A DNA stretch of 32,000 nucleotides from Coprobacillaceae bacterium (GCA_963675915.1 OY780959.1:1350001-1382000); one strand, 5' to 3'. Positions 1 through 9,070 are shown, numbered from the stretch's first letter. Notes: generated by a model not told the origin, from the letters alone. Made by a program: numbers and translations.

Positions 1-1962
1 AAGATCATAAACATCATCATCCATCAAAGTAAATAATTCCATTCTCGTTGGAACCTTTCCTTCTAATTCATCTTTAACCCGGAAATATTCTTCATCAATT
101 AGATCCCTGACAACCCGTTTCCTTTTCGCCATAGATTCGAACATATCGATTAATCGCATATCAAAGTCAACTATGCAACCTACCGGAAACTCAAATGATT
201 GATAATCTCTTTTAATTAATATGTTTTTAGAATAAGATCTTCCACTTAGTAAAAAGGGCGCCTTTCCTGAATTTTCGTAATTTCCGATGAAATCTAATAC
301 ATTCAAGTATTTTTTATTTTCAAACAATCGGAGTCCCCTACCCAATTGCTGCATATATACAACCGGAGATTCTGTCGGTCTTAAGAACATAACCATATCA
401 ACGCCAGGCACGTCAACTCCTTCATTGAACATATCAACAGAGAAAACCACTTTAAGTTCTCCTGTTCTTAATAAAGATATTGCCTGGCTACGCTCTATTG
501 AGTTCTCACCACCGGAACCACTGTAAACCGCTGCCGCTGGCACATTTCTCTTGTTAAACTCTTTAGCCATTCTTTCAGCATGAACCCTACTGCTACAAAA
601 TCCCAAGGCGCATTTCGAATTGTATTTAGAATAATACTTGTATATCAGATCATAACGATTCTTTACAAGAAGTTTTTGATTAAGCTCTTTACCATTATAT
701 TTACCATTTGTTCGACTTATCTTAGAGTAATCTACAGTCTCATCGTAAATACCATAATAGTGAAATGGAACCAACATTCCTTTGTTGATCGCATCTACCA
801 AACTTATTTGATATGGAACTATATAGTCACAAAGCTTGTAGATATCCCTACCATCCATTCGATCTGGAGTCGCCGTAAGACCTAACATAAAACTAGGCTT
901 AAAATAATTCATGATTCTTACATACCCATCATTAATAGCATGATGGAATTCATCGATCACGATATAATCAAAATCATCTGGTTCAAAATAATTTTGGTTT
1001 AAATAATCACTTTTACCCAAACTTGCTACTGAGGCAAAAACAAGATCTGCTTTGGTATCTTTGTAGTCGGAATTGAAAAATCCCACATTAGAAGTCTTCC
1101 TAACCTTCATAAAACTATCGGCAGCTTGCTTAAGAATTTCTTCCCTGTGAGCCACAAATAGGACCCTTTTATATCTTATCGAGTCAAATGCCGCCAAATA
1201 AGTTTTACCGATTCCAGTGGCAGCGAAAACAAGACCTTTGTTTGCACCCTCTTCACGGATTTTATTTAATGAATACAAAGCTTCAATCTGAGCCCCGCGA
1301 GGAAATATAACCTCATGATTATTTTCATCCCTAACCAAATCATATTTTTGAAGTTGTCCGATTGCAGTCGGCTTTTTCCATTCTTTTGAATATTTATTCA
1401 ATTCTTCATCATCCATAATGATAGAATGGGACCTAAAAAGGTCTTCAAAAGTAATAAAAAACTGCTCATAATCTTTTGGATTCATCTGATTATCAAAACG
1501 ATAATTCCACTCAACCCCAGAAGTCAAAGCGCTCCTGGATATATTTGATGAACCAACATAAATCTCATCTTTATTTTCATAATGGAAAATGTAAGCTTTT
1601 GGATGAAATGACCTCTTTTCTTGATCAAACATTCTTAAATCAAGGGAATCTCCAAGCTCGCTTTTAAGCAAATACAAAGCACTTGGCTGCGTGATACCTA
1701 GATAGTTACCAGTAAGCAATCTAACCTTTACACCTCTATTAACAGCAGCATTCAAATCATCAATCAACATCCTAACCCCAGATTCCATAACAAAAGAAAC
1801 AATGATGTCAATATTGATAGCCTGATTAATACTATTTTTCAAGTAATTGTGTAATTGCTTGGTTGAATCATTGAAGCCGGTAATAACATTTGATATTTCA
1901 TCTTGAATATCAATAGTCTCTTTGCAACCAATTACTTCTTCCTTAAGATCATATTTATCCAT
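1..1962 (-). CDS. PLD-like (HKD) nuclease domain fused to an SF2 DExH helicase. The C-terminal part lies beyond the left window edge. It is absent from the supplied ORF track because it has no in-window stop.
   Basis: My own minus-strand translation from ATG 1962-1960 stays open to position 1 (654 codons, MDKYDLKEEVIGCKE...). A GGGAGGGG Shine-Dalgarno lies at 1979-1972, 9 nt upstream. Segments I checked codon by codon: HKD-type motif RSFHPKAYIFHYENKDEIYVGSSNISRSAL; helicase motif I LVFAATGIGKT; motif II VIDEFHH; motif III LGLTATP; motif VI QQLGRGLR. The start overlaps the stop of the upstream methyltransferase gene by 31 nt. Confidence 0.85.
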   Translation of the reverse strand, partial: MDKYDLKEEVIGCKETIDIQDEISNVITGFNDSTKQLHNYLKNSINQAINIDIIVSFVMESGVRMLIDDLNAAVNRGVKVRLLTGNYLGITQPSALYLLKSELGDSLDLRMFDQEKRSFHPKAYIFHYENKDEIYVGSSNISRSALTSGVEWNYRFDNQMNPKDYEQFFITFEDLFRSHSIIMDDEELNKYSKEWKKPTAIGQLQKYDLVRDENNHEVIFPRGAQIEALYSLNKIREEGANKGLVFAATGIGKTYLAAFDSIRYKRVLFVAHREEILKQAADSFMKVRKTSNVGFFNSDYKDTKADLVFASVASLGKSDYLNQNYFEPDDFDYIVIDEFHHAINDGYVRIMNYFKPSFMLGLTATPDRMDGRDIYKLCDYIVPYQISLVDAINKGMLVPFHYYGIYDETVDYSKISRTNGKYNGKELNQKLLVKNRYDLIYKYYSKYNSKCALGFCSSRVHAERMAKEFNKRNVPAAAVYSGSGGENSIERSQAISLLRTGELKVVFSVDMFNEGVDVPGVDMVMFLRPTESPVVYMQQLGRGLRLFENKKYLNVLDFIGNYENSGKAPFLLSGRSYSKNILIKRDYQSFEFPVGCIVDFDMRLIDMFESMAKRKRVVRDLIDEEYFRVKDELEGKVPTRMELFTLMDDDVYDL

Positions 1963-2546
1963 TTCTCATCGCCCCTCCCGACTCTGACATCGTCCGAGAT
2001 CCATTGTTCCAAAATATCAAAAACATCAGTTTCCGCGATTAGTTTTTGCATCTTATCTTCATCCAAATAAGTGAAGTAACGACCATCTATCATACCTTCA
2101 AAATCTCCGTATTTGAACGATGTATAAAGTACGCCACCTGGTTTCAGTGAATTAGCAATTTTGATAATTACATCTATAAGCTTATTGTAGGGAAGATGCA
2201 ATATTGATGCGCAGGCCCATACGCCATCATATGTATTTTCTACATTAAAATCATCAAAAAGTAAACACTTTGTTTTAATGCCGGTATAGGCAGTTGATAA
2301 TTTGCACATTTCTAGCGAACCATCAATAGCCTCAACAACAAAATCTTTGTCCAAGAAATATTTCGTATCCCGACCGCTACCACTTCCGAAATCAAGAATC
2401 ATACTACCAGTTTTCATGAACTTCAAAAATCTATTTTGATTATAATAAAATACAACCGAAGCGGTATTATCAAAATATATTTTTGCATTTTGGTTGTAAT
2501 AGTTTACCGTGCTGTCTTTCATATTATTTTGTTTTATACTCCTCAT
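1932..2546 (-). CDS. Class I SAM-dependent methyltransferase of the small-molecule/Methyltransf_11-like type. It has no DNA-MTase motifs.
   Basis: 204-aa ORF. Motif I ILDFGSGSGRD, an acidic post-I residue (VEAIDGS), and LKPGGVLY (post-II/III Rossmann element). It has no DPPY/NPPY motif and no PCQ/ENV motif. The start (2546 versus an internal ATG at 2522) is not resolved. Confidence 0.75.
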   Translation of the reverse strand: MRSIKQNNMKDSTVNYYNQNAKIYFDNTASVVFYYNQNRFLKFMKTGSMILDFGSGSGRDTKYFLDKDFVVEAIDGSLEMCKLSTAYTGIKTKCLLFDDFNVENTYDGVWACASILHLPYNKLIDVIIKIANSLKPGGVLYTSFKYGDFEGMIDGRYFTYLDEDKMQKLIAETDVFDILEQWISDDVRVGRGDEKWINMILRKK

Positions 2547-2634
2547 AGTTACAGTGAATATTTGAATGAAATTGATCTAACTACTATTTAACTTCGTCAG
2601 CGAGATAATTATTTTACTTTACTTCTAACCAACC

Positions 2635-3129
2635 TTAGGTTTTCAAGTTTCTATTTTTTATAGTCCTTATTAGTATATTCATTTCCTTATCAAAATCTCT
2701 TTTCAGTTCACACTCCCATAATGTTATAACTCGAAAACCCATCTCTTCCAGCAAGCTAATATTTATTAGATCTCTCTCAGTAGTAGTACGAATTTTTTTC
2801 TTCCAAAAGTCTACATTTGTTTTTGGATATTTAAAATGTTTACAATTTTTATGTCCGTGCCAAAAACATCCATTTATAAAAATCGCAATTTTGTATTTAG
2901 GCAAAACGATATCCGGGGAACCTGGATATCGCTTATCATTTTTCCTGAATCTATATCCTTCTTTAAAAAGATAACTTCGAACTCTAACTTCAAATTTAGT
3001 ATCTTTGCCTCGTATTTTTGACATAATGTCACTACGTTTCTCTTTCGAATAAATATCCGTCAAAATATCACCTACCAAAAAAGCATGACCATAGTCAGCA
3101 ACTACAAATAACATATCAATGAAATACAT
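2635..3129 (-). CDS. vsr: Very short patch repair (T:G mismatch) endonuclease
   Basis: KEKRSDIMSKIRGKDTKFEVRVRSYLFKEGYRFRKN...PGSPDIVLPKYKIAIFINGCFWHGH is the canonical Vsr core. The gene lies immediately downstream of the C5-MTase gene. The true start is uncertain; ATG 3129, ATG 3114 and a downstream TTG are all upstream of the conserved core. Confidence 0.9.
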   Translation of the reverse strand: MYFIDMLFVVADYGHAFLVGDILTDIYSKEKRSDIMSKIRGKDTKFEVRVRSYLFKEGYRFRKNDKRYPGSPDIVLPKYKIAIFINGCFWHGHKNCKHFKYPKTNVDFWKKKIRTTTERDLINISLLEEMGFRVITLWECELKRDFDKEMNILIRTIKNRNLKT

Positions 3130-3152
3130 ACTCGCCTACCATTAAAACATTT

Positions 3153-5381
3153 TCATTTAGGAGAAAACGAGAAATCCTCCACACAACGTGACAGCTGAAT
3201 TAGTATATCCATCAACACATCCACAACAATGCTATTACCTGCTTGTTTATATCCCTGTGCCCTTGAAACAACAATATCATAATCATCCGTGAAACCCATC
3301 AATCGATGCGCCTCACGCTCTGATAACATCCTTACTCTACCATCCACCGTAACATAATTGTCAACTCCCGCTCTATGTCGATTACCCATCGTTTTGAGTA
3401 AAGTGCGCGCTACAGGCAAATCTATTACCGGTTTAGTATAGAAGGTTTTCGTACCTCCACTCATAACGTACTTGTATAGTTTAGGGGTTAGAAAATACTT
3501 CTCCTCAATTTCACCTGGATTTCCGTCAACCAAAATTCCACCTGAATCGCTATGGGTAAAATCACCTTCCCGAACATTCTCGATTAAAAAATCCTGCATA
3601 GTAAAAGTCAACTCCTTTTTATCAGGCATGTTAAAATCGGTGACCCTATCAAGATCCTGCCTAATTCCAACGACAATTACTCTTCGTCTAGTTTGTGGAA
3701 CTCCATGATCTTTAGCATCTATTAATTCATACTTAAAATCATATCCAAGTTCTTCAAAAACAGACTTTATAACTCGCCAAGTATTTCCTTTATCGTGGGT
3801 CAGCATACCTCTAACATTTTCATAAATAAAAACTTTTGGTTTTATTTCTTTCACCAGTCTCGCAAACTCATAAAACAATGTACCACGTGTATCCTCAAGA
3901 CCACACTGTTGACCAACCGTTGAAAATGATTGACATGGGCTACCGCCCACAAAAATATCTACTTTTCCTTCAAAGTCGGTACCATCCAAAAGATTAATAT
4001 CCCTGAAATAAAAATCCTCATCAAGATCATAATTTGCCAAATAACTTTGCTTGACAAAGTTGGTTTTGGCCGTTTTATTTTTATACAGGTTATCAACATA
4101 TTTCTTTTTTTCCGTAGAACCATTTAAAGAAAATACAATTTCTTTTTGTTCATCAATATCGTATTCTATTTCGACTTCACCATTGTCACAAGCGAAGACA
4201 ATCTTATGATCAATTTTTAGTCTCTTCAAAGCGAATTCAAAAGCTCCAATACCACTAAATACCGTAGCTACACATAACCTATCATCAAACTCGACATCAG
4301 GATAGTATTCATAAATAGATGTAATTAATGATTCAAGTACATTAACTACTATGCTATTACCTATTTGCCGATATGCTGGCACATTTGGAACGACAACTTT
4401 GAATGAATCAGAAAAGCCCATTAGTCTCAGACATTCGCGATAGCTAAGCTGACGAATAACTCCTCTATATCCATTATATTCCCCAACATAAGCCCTATCC
4501 AAAATGTTATCATTATGCTTGCTAAAATCCAATTTTTCAAAAACGAAGTCTCCATTCCAATTGAATTGCTGATTGGCTTTTTGAGTTTTAATTATCTTAT
4601 TATTAATCCCAGCTCTATTTTTGTATTTAGGGTTTGTAACAAATTCGAATCCTTTTTTACCCAAATAATGATTTGTCGCCACATGTGGTTCCAAATAATC
4701 AAAGAGTGTAGTTTCCAATTTTTTAGGCTTTGGAAATGTAAATTCAACACTATTCCTAAACCCAACCACAAAAATACGTTTTCGGTCTTGAGGTATTCCG
4801 TAATCTTTTGAATTCATAATTTGATAATGAATTTTGTAATCTAGTGAATCAAAAATATTTCTTATTACTTCCCAAGTTTTTCCTTTATCATGGTGAACCA
4901 TACCAACAACGTTTTCATATATGAAAACCTTCGGCTCAATCTCTTTTACTAATCGCGCGTATTCATAAAATAGAGTGCCTCGAGCATCATCAAGGCCACC
5001 CCTTTTACCACTTATAGAAAATGATTGACAAGGGCTCCCTCCGACAAACAAATCAACTTTTCCTTTGTGTTTGGTACCATCAATAAACCTGATGTCTTCA
5101 TACCAACGATTCTCGTCAATATCATAATTTGAAAAATAGCTTTCTTTTACATAATTTTTCTTATTGGTAGAACGATATATTTGTTTAATAATTTCGTTAG
5201 CTTCCTCGTCACTTTTCCCTTTGACAACCTCAAAAATTTCATTTTTTGAGGTTTCCAATTCAATTTCACCATTATCGCAAGCAAAAACTATTTCATATTT
5301 TTTATTTAATTTTTCCAACGCTTGTTCAACGGCACCTATTCCACTAAACACAGTAGCTAACCTTAATTTCTTCAAAAACAT
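3153..5381 (-). CDS. Tandem-fused double DNA (cytosine-5) methyltransferase: two complete Dcm-type catalytic domains in one polypeptide
   Basis: The N-terminal half (about 4300-5381) has motif I ATVFSGIGAVE, IV GGSPCQSFSISG, VI ENVVGM, VIII QDRKRIFVVG and X GNSIVVNV. The C-terminal half (about 3153-4299) has ATVFSGIGAFE, GGSPCQSFSTVG, ENVRGM, QTRRRVIVVG and GNSIVVDV. The segments between motifs VIII and IX (the target-recognition domains) are unrelated between the halves. The start is ATG 5381, or GTG 5390 as in the track. Confidence 0.9.
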   Translation of the reverse strand: MFLKKLRLATVFSGIGAVEQALEKLNKKYEIVFACDNGEIELETSKNEIFEVVKGKSDEEANEIIKQIYRSTNKKNYVKESYFSNYDIDENRWYEDIRFIDGTKHKGKVDLFVGGSPCQSFSISGKRGGLDDARGTLFYEYARLVKEIEPKVFIYENVVGMVHHDKGKTWEVIRNIFDSLDYKIHYQIMNSKDYGIPQDRKRIFVVGFRNSVEFTFPKPKKLETTLFDYLEPHVATNHYLGKKGFEFVTNPKYKNRAGINNKIIKTQKANQQFNWNGDFVFEKLDFSKHNDNILDRAYVGEYNGYRGVIRQLSYRECLRLMGFSDSFKVVVPNVPAYRQIGNSIVVNVLESLITSIYEYYPDVEFDDRLCVATVFSGIGAFEFALKRLKIDHKIVFACDNGEVEIEYDIDEQKEIVFSLNGSTEKKKYVDNLYKNKTAKTNFVKQSYLANYDLDEDFYFRDINLLDGTDFEGKVDIFVGGSPCQSFSTVGQQCGLEDTRGTLFYEFARLVKEIKPKVFIYENVRGMLTHDKGNTWRVIKSVFEELGYDFKYELIDAKDHGVPQTRRRVIVVGIRQDLDRVTDFNMPDKKELTFTMQDFLIENVREGDFTHSDSGGILVDGNPGEIEEKYFLTPKLYKYVMSGGTKTFYTKPVIDLPVARTLLKTMGNRHRAGVDNYVTVDGRVRMLSEREAHRLMGFTDDYDIVVSRAQGYKQAGNSIVVDVLMDILIQLSRCVEDFSFSPK

Positions 5382-5433
5382 CACTCCCACTAAAATTTAA
5401 TTTTGATTAAACCAAAAATGAATATCCAAACCA

Positions 5434-5462
5434 ATTATACCAAATAGTAACCAGATTGTCTG
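5434..5462 (-). promoter_or_regulatory. Candidate internal sigma-A promoter with an extended -10, upstream of the methyltransferase gene
   Basis: Minus strand reads CAGACA (5462-5457), 17 nt, then TGgTATAAT (5442-5434). It lies in the 86-nt gap between the 176-aa ORF and the MTase gene. Confidence 0.45.
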
Positions 5463-5467
5463 TAGTA

Positions 5468-5998
5468 TTATAATTTAAGATTGAAACTATTATCAATAGT
5501 TTCTTTGAAATTATTTCTGGCATCCAAATAAATAACAACTACATTGTCCCCCAATTTTTTAAAAACAACATTACAGCAATCACCTATTAACAAATCATAA
5601 ATTAGTTTTGATGCCTCATTCTCCGTGTCCAGTTTAAAGTATTTTCTATTAGATAGAATCACTGGCTCAGGTACTTCTATATAACTGTAAAAAGTGTTTG
5701 AAGATCGAATATTATCAATGATCTCAACCTGGGGTTTTAATTTTTCTCTAAAAAGGGCTTCTCGTTCCTTAAGTATTACATATCCCGCTATTTTCTCTAT
5801 TGAGAGTAATGTCCTGGTAAAGTCAATATAATACTTATTGTTTCCTAAATTAAACCAATTAAGAACTTCTTTAGAAATGTCACTCATATAAAACGAGCCA
5901 ACGCTTCTTGGTTTGATGCCAATATGCTGTGCAACGATAGGTGACTCTGAATTTGGTGGGGAGACAATCAATTTATTATCAGTTATTGTTAACGACAT
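5468..5998 (-). CDS. Hypothetical protein (176 aa from ATG 5998) with no domain I can recognise
   Basis: ORF on the operon strand. ATG 5998-5996 is preceded by AGGAGA with a 5-nt spacer. It lies 1 nt after the AIPR stop (TAA t ATG), which implies translational coupling. The track's longer 187-aa version starts 32 nt inside the AIPR gene. I found no HTH, Walker, GHKL or clear PD-(D/E)XK motif. Confidence 0.65.
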   Translation of the reverse strand: MSLTITDNKLIVSPPNSESPIVAQHIGIKPRSVGSFYMSDISKEVLNWFNLGNNKYYIDFTRTLLSIEKIAGYVILKEREALFREKLKPQVEIIDNIRSSNTFYSYIEVPEPVILSNRKYFKLDTENEASKLIYDLLIGDCCNVVFKKLGDNVVVIYLDARNNFKETIDNSFNLKL

Positions 5999-5999
5999 A

Positions 6000-8090
6000 T
6001 TATCTCCTATCTTTGTCCGAATATCCTTCATTTTTTAATTTTTCTTCTATCGAACATATTTTTATACTTTGCTTTTCTGATGGGATTTTTTTTGTGAAAT
6101 CTAGAGCACTGAAAAGAAAACTAATATCAATTTCAGACAAAACCCCTAGTTTTTTCCCGTACTCAAGTCCATCTTTCCAATAATCGCTCCCCATATTTAT
6201 TACATGAGTTTGAGCTTCAATACCGGCTAACTGCTTTTGTTCCTTCTTTCCACTATCTTCACGGTTCTTTTCCTCATCTAGTGAAATCAAACTTTGTATA
6301 AATTCATCCGTAAATGTCCAATTTTCCTTAAGAGCTCTTTTCCAACAAATCTCTTTCTTACACCATTCAGTAACATTCAGAGTCAATCTATCGTCTCGTG
6401 TGATGAATTCAAAAACCTCATATGCCAATATTTTTATTTGCCGCCTAAGCGCCGGATACAAATCTTGTTTTTTCCAAACTCGTAAAAAATCGAACCCTAG
6501 CCCCTTATGTCCAAGTTTATCTACCTGATCGAATATTAGAGCCAGGGAATAAGTTACAATATTCATTCGGTATGCTTTGATAGACTTATACCAGTCTTCA
6601 CTAGATACAAGTTTTTCAGTTTCCTTGAACATTATTGCGATAGCAATTGATTTTTGAAAATAGTACTTATTGAATTCGTTGCTGTTTTTCTCCCACTGTT
6701 TCTCAATTATTTTTGCGAATTCCCGCATATTACGTTGATTACCTTTCGATACAATTTCCGGCTTACGTTCATAGGTCATTAAATATTTTGCGAGTTGTAC
6801 TTTATTAATAACTTGATTTTTTGGGTACCTTTTCTTGAATTTTGTGACCTGTGCCCTTGAAAGTTTCATTTGCTCTTGAGTATATTGCCCTTTTGCCCTT
6901 TCATAATACCATACAGTATCATATATTTCATTTTGTTTAGATGGAGCCAATATTTTTCTACTTAACTCTTCAAATCTTCTATGGAAAGGACTATTTGAGA
7001 AAAAGTCTGACTCCTCAACTTTATTTTGACTGTTCGCATATCTTGCGATATTTGGTATCATCTCGTTCGCCCTGTCACTTGACAATATTGACAGTTTTAT
7101 AGGCACTTGGACTCGCTCAACTACGAGCTTGTCTTTTATTACCGCATTCGCTATTGATGCTGTTGTTTGTCCTCCGTTTATAATTTGGAAATCCGTCAAT
7201 TTCGTTATAACTAAGCCATTTTCATTTTCTACCACTTCAATATCAGTAGCCGTAGCAGCTATACCATTATTGTAAGCAAAAAACAATTCCGGTTCATTTT
7301 TTATTGTGTTTCGTATCCCCTTGTTGATTTTCCCTCGTACACTCAAAAACGATCTAACATTCCCCTCCAAAAGTCTTGAACCATATTTAATGTAAAGCTT
7401 AGCAAGCAAATCACCATTAATGACTCCTAAATATGAGCTATACTCTTCTTCGGTGCTCTCAAGTGCTTTGACTGCATAGATTCCATCGTGACCGAATTCT
7501 GAAACATTAATTTCTAATTTTTCCCGTTCCCTAGTTGACATTATATTATTATAGTATTTTTCAATATCGTAAATTCTAACTTCAATATTTTTACCTTTGA
7601 ACTTACCAATATGATTAACATTTAGATCACGAGTAACTATCTTATCTGTCAACACATATATTATTATTTTATATGTGTTGTTAAACAACTCCTTTAAAAG
7701 TTGTGCCGCTTGATTCGCCTGTGAACTCTCATCACAATTTTCCGTAATATAATCGTCAATTGAAAACTCCAAATAATTTGTTACCCTTTTTACCGAGTTA
7801 CTTGCATCTGTAGTCGTCAATGATTCAATATTCGGAGCTCCGGAAAAATCGCAAACAAATAATCGCAAAGTATTATCCGATTCGTCAAGTGTTATTCCAT
7901 CGATTCGCCCACGTCTATTTCTTGGTCCGATAACTTCGACATCATATAAATCAACATCTAAAATTTCTTCGATATCAATAAGTAATTTAACATACATAGC
8001 CATAAATTCTGTCGTGTCATCCGAAATATTAATTAGTGAGTTATTTTCTATCTCATACAACATTTCTTTTCTAAATTCTTCAATTTCCAT
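6000..8090 (-). CDS. AIPR (abortive-infection phage-resistance) family protein
   Basis: 696 aa. It has the central FQIINGGQTTASI motif I associate with AIPR. Its size and position match the recurrent ATPase/Z1/PD-(D/E)XK/AIPR/Dcm/Vsr neighbourhood. A GAGGGG RBS precedes ATG 8090. Confidence 0.75.
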   Translation of the reverse strand: MEIEEFRKEMLYEIENNSLINISDDTTEFMAMYVKLLIDIEEILDVDLYDVEVIGPRNRRGRIDGITLDESDNTLRLFVCDFSGAPNIESLTTTDASNSVKRVTNYLEFSIDDYITENCDESSQANQAAQLLKELFNNTYKIIIYVLTDKIVTRDLNVNHIGKFKGKNIEVRIYDIEKYYNNIMSTREREKLEINVSEFGHDGIYAVKALESTEEEYSSYLGVINGDLLAKLYIKYGSRLLEGNVRSFLSVRGKINKGIRNTIKNEPELFFAYNNGIAATATDIEVVENENGLVITKLTDFQIINGGQTTASIANAVIKDKLVVERVQVPIKLSILSSDRANEMIPNIARYANSQNKVEESDFFSNSPFHRRFEELSRKILAPSKQNEIYDTVWYYERAKGQYTQEQMKLSRAQVTKFKKRYPKNQVINKVQLAKYLMTYERKPEIVSKGNQRNMREFAKIIEKQWEKNSNEFNKYYFQKSIAIAIMFKETEKLVSSEDWYKSIKAYRMNIVTYSLALIFDQVDKLGHKGLGFDFLRVWKKQDLYPALRRQIKILAYEVFEFITRDDRLTLNVTEWCKKEICWKRALKENWTFTDEFIQSLISLDEEKNREDSGKKEQKQLAGIEAQTHVINMGSDYWKDGLEYGKKLGVLSEIDISFLFSALDFTKKIPSEKQSIKICSIEEKLKNEGYSDKDRR

Positions 8091-8122
8091 GATAAACCCC
8101 TCGTCTCATTTTCATTTTTACG

Positions 8123-9070
8123 CTATATTTTTGTTACTATTTTTAGATCTCGCATATAATCATTTATTGTGCTAATTGCGATCTCATAAGAAACACCTTT
8201 AATACCTTTTGGAATACATTCTTTTGACAACTTAGGAAAAGATTTATTAACTATATAACTATTAATTTTTTTCACCAGGTAATTGTAGTCGTCATAATAA
8301 GGTATCCGCTTATATCCAATGTTTGCCAATTTGTCGTAGAACTTCTCAATTACTTCAATATCATCAAGCAAACTACTTATCTTTTCAACAATTATATTTA
8401 GGTTTACCCCATTATTATCTACAGGTGTTGTACGTTCAAGAGAAACTACAACCAAATTACCCTCGATTTCGCTATCCAGTTGTTCAATCGAAGAAATTTT
8501 AACTGAATCATTGCCCATAATTATCGACTTGACTTCAAACCATTCATTGTCAATTAGGAAGTCTTTTTTCATGAACTCACTGCCACCCCACGCATCAATA
8601 GATTCAAAATTAGAGTGTCTTTTAAGCATATGGTTTTTTAAAAATACCAATTCCGCTAATAAACCTTGAATCTCAATATTACTTAAATGCGCCTCGCTAA
8701 CTTGTTTAAAAAGAGTTTTCCACAATAGCCATCTCTTGTAAGAATTTCGTAAGAGATTTTTTTGTTTGATTTCGGTGAGGTACCCATATATATCATAAAT
8801 CAAATTTATGAAGACTTCTTCGAATTCAGGTTTCTTCAATTCAAATGTAAGTCTATTCTTTTTCGGATTTCCCACTTCAAATAAATCTATTTCAATGACA
8901 TCCGTACTTTTTACCTCAAAATTATCACAAGAACCATCTACAGCGAAAGACATATTCCCATGGTAGTAACCAACATAAATATCAGCTGACAACTCGCTAT
9001 CCAACAAAGTAAAATTATCGGATAGTTTGCATTTGTTTAATTTGTTTATTAAATCATTTTTACTCATCAT
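8123..9070 (-). CDS. PD-(D/E)XK-motif nuclease-fold protein (DUF4420-like)
   Basis: DFLIDNEWFEVKS gives a D...E-x-K signature in the C-terminal half. At about 315 aa it is the typical third gene of Z1/AIPR clusters. The likely start is ATGATGAGTAA (9070 or 9067), overlapping the Z1 stop at 9062-9060. The track's 9121 start lies 62 nt inside Z1. Confidence 0.7.
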   Translation of the reverse strand: MMSKNDLINKLNKCKLSDNFTLLDSELSADIYVGYYHGNMSFAVDGSCDNFEVKSTDVIEIDLFEVGNPKKNRLTFELKKPEFEEVFINLIYDIYGYLTEIKQKNLLRNSYKRWLLWKTLFKQVSEAHLSNIEIQGLLAELVFLKNHMLKRHSNFESIDAWGGSEFMKKDFLIDNEWFEVKSIIMGNDSVKISSIEQLDSEIEGNLVVVSLERTTPVDNNGVNLNIIVEKISSLLDDIEVIEKFYDKLANIGYKRIPYYDDYNYLVKKINSYIVNKSFPKLSKECIPKGIKGVSYEIAISTINDYMRDLKIVTKI

